A DNA stretch of 18,421 bases from Promethearchaeota archaeon (GTDB lineage: Archaea; Asgardarchaeota; Lokiarchaeia; Sigyniarchaeales; SOKP01). Both the position numbers and the translations under genes were made by a program. The stretch is taken from positions 1-18,421 of the forward strand of contig JAFGGO010000176.1 in assembly GCA_016930515.1 (NCBI GenBank), in the 5' to 3' direction. This document shows, piece by piece, positions 1 through 7,607 of this stretch (positions within the stretch are counted from its first letter, which is position 1; each line of letters opens with the position of its first letter). The notes beneath the pieces are model-generated. The model was not told the origin of the DNA and did not search any database. It saw only the letters and a list, made by a program, of their open reading frames with translations.

Positions 1-252
1 AATATAAAAATTAATAATAACTACGAGACGACAAAAAACGCAATAGTTACCTTGACAAAGATAAATCACCAGAATGTTCTTTCAATTTTTTCAGAATTAA
101 CCCATGATGCAAACTGGACGACGCGATTTCAATTAGTAAAAGCTCTCTCGACTATAAATTCCGAAGATGCTAAAGAACTGCTAGAAGAATTATCAAACGA
201 CTCAGACATTGATGTCAGAGAAACTGCTCAAAAAGCGTTATCAAAACGATAA
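1..252 (+). CDS. HEAT/PBS-lyase-type repeat protein, 3' part only (gene starts left of the window)
   Basis: The frame is open from base 1 (NIKINNNYETTKNAIVTL...), so the TTG at 52 is probably not the start. Two HEAT-like units are visible: LTHDANWTTRFQLVKALSTI and LSNDSDIDVRETAQKAL. Confidence 0.8.
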   Translation, partial: NIKINNNYETTKNAIVTLTKINHQNVLSIFSELTHDANWTTRFQLVKALSTINSEDAKELLEELSNDSDIDVRETAQKALSKR

Positions 253-325
253 AATTACAAAATTTATATTGCTATACTTTTTTATATATTTACATCAATT
301 TTACAATTAATTTACGGGTTATAAC

Positions 326-589
326 TTGAGAAGAACTTTCACGCCAGGACGATGGAATTATTCGCAGAGGGCGAAAAAGTGGGTATTTGTAAGTTTATTG
401 AAAGACGGAAAAAGAAGCTACAAGTATCAAATTGATGCTCCAGATGAATTCGTTAAATTACACTTGGAACTAAAGCGACTAAACGATCTACAAGCAGAAA
501 CGATCGATCAAGAAGAGAATATGAAACTATTCGAAGAGATGAAAAAAATAGCACATCGTATGCAAAATATGGGTGTTGATGATCGTTGA
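326..589 (+). CDS. Small hypothetical protein (87 aa); aromatic/basic beta-rich N-half and charged helical C-half
   Basis: ORF with a TTG start about 40 nt downstream of TATA-like TTTATATA (281-288). Composition is protein-like. No family recognised. Confidence 0.65.
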   Translation: MRRTFTPGRWNYSQRAKKWVFVSLLKDGKRSYKYQIDAPDEFVKLHLELKRLNDLQAETIDQEENMKLFEEMKKIAHRMQNMGVDDR

Positions 590-624
590 TAAAAAAAAGA
601 TTATAAAAAAAAAACTTGTGAGAA

Positions 625-1302
625 ATGATGGACTTATTTGAATATCGGGAATTCTTCACAAAAAAACAGATTGTAAGGGTAGATAGTCTTTGCGGAAGAA
701 TCATACGGGGAGTTAACCCTGATGATTTTGAAACTCTCACGGACGATCCAGATCGCAAGCTCGTCATGCTAATGGGTCCCGATGGCTTGCAAAAATTATT
801 AGGGAAAGAATCCTACGATATGCTCGTAGAAATAGGATATGAAAAAGAATACATCCAGAGAAAATTAAACGAAGGAAATGAATTCAAGCTCGTCGTGTTT
901 AAAGAGGGTGGAGAAGCTATTATCGCCACATGGGATAATGTAATTAATTTAGTATCAAAAACATACCCAAACATATCTAATAAAATAAAGGATCAAATTG
1001 ACGATTTGAAAAGCACGAGCTTTGAGAGGATTGAAGAAGAAGCGGGGTTTGATTTTAGCAAGATTGATAAAATCGGTAAGACCGATCCACGATTCATGAC
1101 CCATGAACGATATCTTGAGAGTCCTAATACACTAATCGCAGCGAGAGCTTTTCTTTACTTTACGGTACATCTTAGAGAGCTCTTTTCTGGAGATGGATAT
1201 ACTTATACCACCGATGGAAAAAGAGGACTCACGGAATACATCGTGCCTAATAAAAGAATCAGCGATCTTGGAGAACATGTCATAATAGACATCCAATTTT
1301 AA
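625..1302 (+). CDS. Hypothetical cytoplasmic protein (225 aa), possibly of NAD-glycohydrolase/ADP-ribosyltransferase-like fold
   Basis: Long ORF followed by a T-rich tract (about 1311-1328). Motifs GRIIRG, VMLMGPDGL, FKLVVF, ATWD and LFSGDGYT..G..GLTEYIV. The CDS is solid; the fold is an inference only. Confidence 0.8.
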   Translation: MMDLFEYREFFTKKQIVRVDSLCGRIIRGVNPDDFETLTDDPDRKLVMLMGPDGLQKLLGKESYDMLVEIGYEKEYIQRKLNEGNEFKLVVFKEGGEAIIATWDNVINLVSKTYPNISNKIKDQIDDLKSTSFERIEEEAGFDFSKIDKIGKTDPRFMTHERYLESPNTLIAARAFLYFTVHLRELFSGDGYTYTTDGKRGLTEYIVPNKRISDLGEHVIIDIQF

Positions 1303-1427
1303 TGAAACAGTATTTTATTGTATTTTTAATGAAACCCCCCAGATTATTTTCGTATTGTAATTCGTTTCTAGCTTTTATATTTCTAAAGTAGAAGATTTAA
1401 GTTGTTTCCCCTCATTATAAACATACT

Positions 1428-2231
1428 ATGAAAATAGCCGTTTCTGGAAAGGGAGGTGTCGGAAAAACCTCGATTGCGGGGTCTCTAGCTCGATTGTTTG
1501 CTAAGGACGGTTTTAAAGTATTAGCTATAGATAATGATTCGGCCATGAATTTGAGTTATACTCTAGGTATAGATCCTAAAATCAAGGAAACGCTCGTGCC
1601 CATATCAGAAATGAAGAATCTCGTAAACGAGCGAGTGAGCGTTCCGGGAGCGCCTTCTGGAGTGTACAATATCACGCCAGAAGTATCAGACATTCCTGAC
1701 AAGTACAAGGTCGAAGGACCCGATGGTTTACAGCTTTTGGTCCTTGGAAGCATCGAAGAACCAGCAACGGGATGTCTCTGTCCTCAGAACGCCTTAATAC
1801 GAACGCTCTTATATAATCTTTTTGTAAAGCGCGACGAGGTTGTTGTGGTCGATTTCGAAGCGGGACTTGAACACTTAGGAAGAGGCACGGCCAAGGGAAT
1901 TGATGTAATGCTGGTAATTACTGAACCTTCACAAAAATCTCTGGATCTTTGTAAGAAGATCATTGACTTATCAAAGAAATTGGGGATTGTTAATATCTAC
2001 TTGATCGCAAATAAGGTTAACAGCAACGATCAATTAAGGATAGTTAACAATCGAATTCGAGATTGGGATGTTCCCCTTTTTCACTCCATTCCTTTTGATT
2101 CCAGCATTGGAGAAGCAGACTTGAGCGGATCATCTCCGTTAGATTACTGTCCAAACTCAAAAGCCGTGGAATCCATTAAAGATCTTTATTCTAAATTAAA
2201 AAGGTTGAAAAAAGAATTATTCGATCTCTAA
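1428..2231 (+). CDS. cooC: CooC/AcsF-family nickel-insertion ATPase (CO dehydrogenase/acetyl-CoA synthase maturation)
   Basis: Deviant Walker A GKGGVGKT, the Ni-binding CxC motif GCLCP, and DFEAGLEHLGRGTAKGID, all characteristic of CooC within the MinD/ParA (SIMIBI) class. Confidence 0.92.
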   Translation: MKIAVSGKGGVGKTSIAGSLARLFAKDGFKVLAIDNDSAMNLSYTLGIDPKIKETLVPISEMKNLVNERVSVPGAPSGVYNITPEVSDIPDKYKVEGPDGLQLLVLGSIEEPATGCLCPQNALIRTLLYNLFVKRDEVVVVDFEAGLEHLGRGTAKGIDVMLVITEPSQKSLDLCKKIIDLSKKLGIVNIYLIANKVNSNDQLRIVNNRIRDWDVPLFHSIPFDSSIGEADLSGSSPLDYCPNSKAVESIKDLYSKLKRLKKELFDL

Positions 2232-2340
2232 AGACATTATATTGATTGAATAAGAGACCGGTCAATTTATCTAATCTCAATTATATAATAAGATGTGATT
2301 TGGAATAATCGAGGATTATGATTTCAAAAGAAGTGTCTTT

Positions 2341-2589
2341 TTATATCACATCGGCAAGATCTAAATCTTGTTCATCTGCAATCTCCTTCCATTGGTCGAT
2401 TGCTTCAAGGGCTTCTTGCTCGTTCATTTGTTCAATTGCGTAACCAGCATGTATGATGACATATTTTCCAATTTCAGGATCTTGAATGAGCGCAATAACG
2501 ACTTCCTGCTTGATACCATCAAAATCAACCAATGCAGTTTTCTTCTCCTGATTTATTTTGAGAATTTTTCCGGGAATTGCAAGGCACAT
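2341..2589 (-). CDS. hypC: [NiFe]-hydrogenase maturation chaperone HypC/HupF
   Basis: N-terminal MCLAIPG with the conserved Cys2, ALVDFDG, and GKYVIIHAGYAI; 82 aa. Confidence 0.97.
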   Translation of the reverse strand: MCLAIPGKILKINQEKKTALVDFDGIKQEVVIALIQDPEIGKYVIIHAGYAIEQMNEQEALEAIDQWKEIADEQDLDLADVI

Positions 2590-2676
2590 GTTACTTTAGT
2601 TAAAAATTATTTCAATAAATAAAATAAAATTCGAATCCAATTAAAATTAATGATTAGATATAATGTCTTGAAAGAT

Positions 2677-3525
2677 TCAAGGAGAATAATAATCAATAAT
2701 ATCGTCTAAGGAGGAACATATAGCGTTTTTAGACAGAAATTCAACCCTTTCCTTGAGGCTTTTCAATTCTTTTAAAAGATGCTCGTACGCAGAAGAAAAT
2801 TCGGGAATTCTCAGCAAAAAATCGTTCGCCTTCGATATGAGAGATTTCATTTCGTATCCCTCTAAATCAATATCCTCGCGCCCATCAAGACCAGCGATAT
2901 TATTAACCAAGTTCTTAACCATTTCCTTAAGATTTCCTGAAAACCAAGATCCAATCGAATAATAACGATTTTCAGTGCCTTGTTTAATGGTAGGTTTTAA
3001 TTCAAGATATTTATTAACGGTTATAATCGATCTCAAGTTCTTATAAAGTCGAGAGGAGGTCCAATAATATACTTTTGGAGAAACATTATAATCTTCTCCC
3101 GTAAAGGAGAACATTAATTTATTAGTGTTTTCAAATTTACCAAAAGGTACAAATATAAAATCTACTTTAAAACCATCCTCCCAACTTTGTTCAGCATATA
3201 AGTTATTAAGGGCGTGAACCCGATCATTTGAATGCTTGAAAATATCAAATCGTATTTTGTTGTTCGATGGATTATAGATGTAAAATATCATCCCTTTAAA
3301 TCCAATCAATCCTAATTCTAGCGTAAAGTAGGTATATTTCAAGGTGTTCTTTTTTTTTTTAGAAAGATCTAAAAACACGATTTCTGCTCGAGAATCATTA
3401 ATGTTTTTAATTGCAATTTTCGAAAGCTGTTTTTTCTTGAAAGTCACGCGTACCAAAAAATGCGAGAAATTAACGAGGAATTTTGAAAACCATGGTGGAT
3501 CGTCTTCCAACTGATATGGAAACAT
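2677..3525 (-). CDS. Hypothetical protein (282 aa)
   Basis: A 282-codon ORF in very AT-rich DNA is unlikely by chance. No signal peptide, TM segment or recognisable motif. Confidence 0.75.
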   Translation of the reverse strand: MFPYQLEDDPPWFSKFLVNFSHFLVRVTFKKKQLSKIAIKNINDSRAEIVFLDLSKKKKNTLKYTYFTLELGLIGFKGMIFYIYNPSNNKIRFDIFKHSNDRVHALNNLYAEQSWEDGFKVDFIFVPFGKFENTNKLMFSFTGEDYNVSPKVYYWTSSRLYKNLRSIITVNKYLELKPTIKQGTENRYYSIGSWFSGNLKEMVKNLVNNIAGLDGREDIDLEGYEMKSLISKANDFLLRIPEFSSAYEHLLKELKSLKERVEFLSKNAICSSLDDIIDYYSP

Positions 3526-3694
3526 GAATTTAGCTCTTTTTATGGTTTTAAAAAACGAATTAGATTCTATTTAATTGGATTTAATTAATACAAATAAAAA
3601 AAAATCACATTCCTATATATATATTTTTACATCTCTGTAAAATTGTTGAAAATATTAAAAAATATGAGGTTGATTTAATGAATGTACTTTCACA

Positions 3695-4186
3695 CTAATT
3701 GAGAGGTTTTAAATCTCTACTCATCATTGAATAGATGCATTCACAATGTTCACTATGTTCACATTCTGGACACGCTCGTAATATATCCTCATCAGAAACC
3801 TCTAAAATGACGTTTAAATCTTCATAAAATCCTTCAAATAAAGAAGTGGTATTGTAGGCATTGATTAATTGAACTTGGTAATTTTTCAAGAAGGTATGGA
3901 GCGCAATATCTAATTTTTTCTTGTATAAGGAAGCGTCATCGTCAATTTCTATAATAAAGGATACTAAAATCGGATTTTTTTCGAAAATTAGTACCTTCAA
4001 GTTGCTCATTTCGATAGTTCTCACGCCATCTTGACCAATATTTTTAGAAAATAAATCTATTGCTTGAACAAAGCAACCTACTAATTCCTTACCCTCTTCG
4101 ATTTGCTCGCAAAACTGCTCGTAAACAGCTGAAAAAAGCGTTATACCGCTCGCAAGATGTATAACGGAAACCATTTTAATCGTCAA
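3695..4186 (-). CDS. Longin-like domain protein with C-terminal Cys/His-rich tail
   Basis: Longin beta-beta-alpha-beta-beta-beta-alpha-alpha pattern: MVSVIHLASGITLFS / LVGCFVQAIDLFSKNI / VRTIEMSNLKVLIFEKNPILVSFII / LDIALHTFLKNY / LFEGFYEDL. Tail CPECEHSEHCEC. GGGTGG lies just upstream of the TTG start. Confidence 0.75.
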   Translation of the reverse strand: MTIKMVSVIHLASGITLFSAVYEQFCEQIEEGKELVGCFVQAIDLFSKNIGQDGVRTIEMSNLKVLIFEKNPILVSFIIEIDDDASLYKKKLDIALHTFLKNYQVQLINAYNTTSLFEGFYEDLNVILEVSDEDILRACPECEHSEHCECIYSMMSRDLKPLN

Positions 4187-4862
4187 AAACCACCCGTATT
4201 AACTATTATCAAGCACTATATTATTTCAATGCGAAAATCGTGCCAAAGAACGCTAATTAGAATACTCTGTAAAATAAGTTAAATTTTTCGATCATAAAGT
4301 AATGATGAATTCTAAAAATTAATCGTATGAGATTAAGAACACGCTATTTGCTAGAATAAATCTTGAAATAATTATAGAATAGTTGGTAATAGTAGAAGCT
4401 TTTTTATTCCTCACAATAGGTGATTTAATAACCACATCAAAATCTTCTAAATAAAGATTATCGTATATAATATGATTGGTTTTATCATAATCGATATAAT
4501 GTTTGATTTGAATGTGTGTTTTTTTCTTTAATTGTTCTAGCAAATTTCTATATTAAATTGGATGTTTTAAGTTAATATTCTATCTCCAACAATTATTATA
4601 AATCTACTGATAATAAAAAATAAGAACAAAAGGAGCAAATCATTCTTCTTTTTTTGGAAAAAAAACAGAAAATCCCATAAAAACATTTAACTTTTCAAAG
4701 TTTTCGTGATTTTTCTGTGGAATAAAAGTTTTTATATAAGTCCTTTTATACCATATTTATATAAATTTATTAAAAAGAGCGCTCAAGAATAAAAATCTCA
4801 GATAAAATTCTTAAACTGGGCTATTTAACCAGTTTTATAATAGTAATTATATTAACTATCAT

Positions 4863-5057
4863 ATGGATCACGGAATTTCCCTTCACGCAAAATCAAGCAT
4901 TTGAAGCATCTCTTTTTCAAACTATATACCAACAATAATTGGTAGCACAGAAGGAGGAGGGGCCCCTGAATACGAGATCCACGCTCTTTTTGCAATAAAC
5001 ACCCTCTCGATCGTTTGTGTTATTTATGTCATTAAGCGCAATAAGTTTTTAAAATAA
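4863..5057 (+). pseudogene. Remnant of an IPGY/Loki-CTERM-type anchored surface protein gene (C-terminal sorting tail only)
   Basis: Manual translation from ATG 4863 gives MDHGISLHAKSSI*SISFSNYIPTIIGSTEGGGAPEYEIHALFAINTLSIVCVIYVIKRNKFLK*, with an in-frame TGA at 4902-4904. TEGGGAPEYE + hydrophobic + KRNK aligns with SEGGGIPGYE/TEGGGIPGYE + TM + KRKR in the downstream paralogues. Not in the ORF track. Confidence 0.7.
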
Positions 5058-5209
5058 TAATGTAAGAACAAACTCTAATTTTTTTAATAATATTTTGAAA
5101 TTTCTAATTATTGAAAAAGCAATCTAAAACTAATTCAAGGAGTCAAGAGAAATGTGGTTCCATTTTTGATTTCAATTAAGATTCTTGTATAAATCTTGGA
5201 ATGCGGGTT

Positions 5210-5224
5210 GAAAAACTTTAAATA
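5210..5224 (+). promoter_or_regulatory. Archaeal BRE/TATA promoter for surface protein 1
   Basis: GAAAAAC followed by TTTAAATA (5217-5224), about 50-65 nt upstream of the start. The AT-rich background limits certainty. Confidence 0.45.
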
Positions 5225-5288
5225 CAAATAACTACAATAAATGAAAATCAATAAAATTTAACAATACAATGTTAAGATGAGAACAATA

Positions 5289-6182
5289 ATGAATAAAAAA
5301 AGAACAATTTCAATGAGTTTAATCGTATTAATTAGTGTACTTTTTATAGCATCTTCTATTACCACCGTGCAAGCGGCACCTGGCGATCAAGGCGTCGATG
5401 TGATAACAGAAGGATCGATATACTATTTTGAAACCGTTTCCTCGGATTCATCGCGAACCAGGCGATATTGGGGGGGTTCAGAAACGCTTGAAAGTACATC
5501 TAGTGATACTTCAAGATCTGCCCATTCTTTAAACATTACCGAGGTAAACGCGACAGAGGGACGGATAAGATATAGAATAAGGACCAATGCTATTAGTGGT
5601 ATAGCTACTGCATATAACACGACTAAATGGGGCTATGCATTGATCTATGACGATGATGATAACGATAACCTGATGGAAAGTTTCACGTTTTTAGCAGACT
5701 CCTGGTCTATAATCGCTGGATCCTGGGAAAATTGGACAGAAAACATTGAAGATCTCCAACAAGATTTAGAAGACGCAAAAGCAGACGTGAGTTCGTTCGA
5801 TTACTCGTTGAACGTGAACGCTAATGGGCAAAAAGTAAGCTTAACCCTTGAATATCAGATGGAGGATATATTTTCATCGGGCACTCTAGGATCCGTGATA
5901 TACGACATGAAAGAGACATATTCAATGGACTATAACAACTTTGTCTTGAGCAGTAGGGAAGCGACCGAACAAAAATCGCTTAATACCATCGTAAACCAGG
6001 AATATATAGAAGACGAGAACGAAATAATCACAATAAGCTCTTCCTCACGAACATACACGGGACCAACAACATCCGAAGGGGGGGGAATTCCTGGATACGA
6101 GCTGTACGCTTTATTAACTATTAGCGCCGTTTCAATAATTGGTGTTGCTATTATTTTCAAACGCAAGAGAATGTCGATCTAA
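5289..6182 (+). CDS. Secreted surface (glyco)protein with IPGY-TM-basic (Loki-CTERM-like) sorting tail, paralogue 1
   Basis: Signal peptide MNKKRTIS...TTVQA/APGDQG; start placed at MNKK (5289) by analogy with the paralogues, alternative 5277. Many N-x-S/T sequons, acidic loop YDDDDNDNLME, C-terminus GGGIPGYELYALLTISAVSIIGVAIIFKRKR. Confidence 0.9.
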   Translation: MNKKRTISMSLIVLISVLFIASSITTVQAAPGDQGVDVITEGSIYYFETVSSDSSRTRRYWGGSETLESTSSDTSRSAHSLNITEVNATEGRIRYRIRTNAISGIATAYNTTKWGYALIYDDDDNDNLMESFTFLADSWSIIAGSWENWTENIEDLQQDLEDAKADVSSFDYSLNVNANGQKVSLTLEYQMEDIFSSGTLGSVIYDMKETYSMDYNNFVLSSREATEQKSLNTIVNQEYIEDENEIITISSSSRTYTGPTTSEGGGIPGYELYALLTISAVSIIGVAIIFKRKRMSI

Positions 6183-6216
6183 AATACATTAGAAAGAAAA
6201 AAATCTATTTTAATCA

Positions 6217-6232
6217 TTTTTTTTAATTTTTT
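6217..6232 (+). terminator. Oligo-T archaeal terminator after paralogue 1
   Basis: TTTTTTTTAATTTTTT about 35 nt after the stop. The same TTTTTTTAAT follows the remnant (5079-5088) and paralogue 3 (8540-8549). Confidence 0.5.
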
Positions 6233-6569
6233 ACTTGGTGATAATGATCTTTTATAAATTTACCCTTCAATCGAGAATACTATTTAATAGTTGATCATAC
6301 AATCGTGATTCGTGAATAAGTTATCTCATTACTTTCAAATTGTCAAAATTTCTTGATTTTCTCTTTCTTTTTCCATCAATAGTATTAACTTTAATTAAAG
6401 AATATTTACTCTAAATAACTAATCTAATTGTGAAATTACATCTAATAATAAAAAAATGATATTTTTAATTTCATCCAATAGACTGGTATTTGTGAGATAT
6501 AGCTTATAAGATATCATAAAAAAAGTTGCGTGAATAATTCTTCTTCCTTTTTTTAAAATAACAAGATGG

Positions 6570-6583
6570 CAAACCTTTATATG
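6570..6583 (+). promoter_or_regulatory. Archaeal BRE/TATA promoter for paralogues 2 and 3
   Basis: CAAACC followed by TTTATATG (6576-6583), about 75 nt upstream of ATG 6658. Confidence 0.4.
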
Positions 6584-6657
6584 CTTTTGAGAGATCAATA
6601 GAAATTAACTTAATCTAATCAATACAATAATCATTTATCTTATAAGTTGAAATCTCA

Positions 6658-7572
6658 ATGAATAAAAAAACGATATTATTAGTTGGATTAATCAGTTTGA
6701 TGAATGTATTCTTGCTTTCCTCTTCGGTACCTGTTGTTATTGCAGCCCCAGGAGATCAAGGGCTTGACATCGTGCAACAAGGAGATTATTACGAGTTTAC
6801 TACGACTATAACTTCAACATCAAAAGGTCAAAACTATAAAACTGGAGAAATTACCTCGTCCTCAATAATTGAGTCTGAGAGTATTTCTTTAAATATCACA
6901 TTAGTAAACAAGACTATGGGAATGATACAATATTACAATCAAGATTCTTATGATGGGGACTTTGAGGTTGTCTTAAATACTTCCATGCTGGGATATGATT
7001 TAAGTTATTACGACGAGGACGACGACGGTTTAGTGGAGCGTTATGATTTTCACTTGGATTTCGATTATAATAAAGTAATTGCTGGAACGTGGGAAAATTA
7101 TTTTGGTTTATCAAGCGCCTTCGTTATAGATCTGGAATACGCTAAAGGTAATCTGAGTGCTTTCGATTACTCGCTTGAAGTTGACGAAATAGTGCAAAAA
7201 ATCACTATAGAAGTTGAATATCAAGAGGAATATTACTATTGGTATTCATCATCTTCCATTTATAACGAATCGGTGGTCTACGATGTGAAACGTTCGTATG
7301 TACTTGAATACGATAATTTTGTGTTTAGTGGATTAGAATGGATTGGGCAATATTCAATCAATAGGATAGCAAACGCTACCTACTTGGAAGATAACGACGA
7401 AACAATCTTATATAGCAGTTATACTAGAAGTGTTACGACGAGAAAAGGAGCAGAAGGGGGAGCAATTCCAGGATACGATCTTTTTACCACGCTAGGATTG
7501 ACCATCATAGCTGTTTTTGGCCTTGTCTATTTATTCAAGCGTAAGAGATTACCGCTAGATTGTCACATATGA
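6658..7572 (+). CDS. Secreted surface (glyco)protein with IPGY-TM-basic tail, paralogue 2
   Basis: Signal peptide then AAPGDQGLD; DxDxDG loop DEDDDGLVE; sequons NIT, NKT, NTS, NLS, NES, NAT; tail GGAIPGYDLFTTLGLTIIAVFGLVYLFKRKR. Confidence 0.92.
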   Translation: MNKKTILLVGLISLMNVFLLSSSVPVVIAAPGDQGLDIVQQGDYYEFTTTITSTSKGQNYKTGEITSSSIIESESISLNITLVNKTMGMIQYYNQDSYDGDFEVVLNTSMLGYDLSYYDEDDDGLVERYDFHLDFDYNKVIAGTWENYFGLSSAFVIDLEYAKGNLSAFDYSLEVDEIVQKITIEVEYQEEYYYWYSSSSIYNESVVYDVKRSYVLEYDNFVFSGLEWIGQYSINRIANATYLEDNDETILYSSYTRSVTTRKGAEGGAIPGYDLFTTLGLTIIAVFGLVYLFKRKRLPLDCHI

Positions 7573-7607
7573 GTAAAAACATTATTTTAAAGGGTGTTAA
7601 AAATAAA

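Noticed and set aside
4665-4835. Imperfect hairpin ACAGAAAATC...GATTTTTCTGT (about 4665-4718), palindrome GAGCGCTC (about 4777-4784) and stem AAACTGG-N9-CCAGTTT (4813-4835) as an ncRNA or MITE
   Set aside because: The stems are short and AT-rich, with no target-site duplication, no second copy and no recognisable RNA family.
4902-4904. In-frame TGA in the remnant read as selenocysteine
   Set aside because: Lokiarchaeia do use Sec, but there is no redox motif, no Cys at the matching position in the paralogues, and no convincing SECIS hairpin downstream. A nonsense codon is the simpler explanation.
4187-6657. CRISPR array, tRNA or IS element in the long intergenic gaps (4187-5288, 6183-6657)
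   Set aside because: No regularly spaced direct repeats, cloverleaf/T-loop motif, transposase fragment or terminal inverted repeats were seen.
7560-7607. Apparent overlap between paralogues 2 and 3
   Set aside because: An artefact of the upstream TTG; the homologous start MNKK is at 7608.
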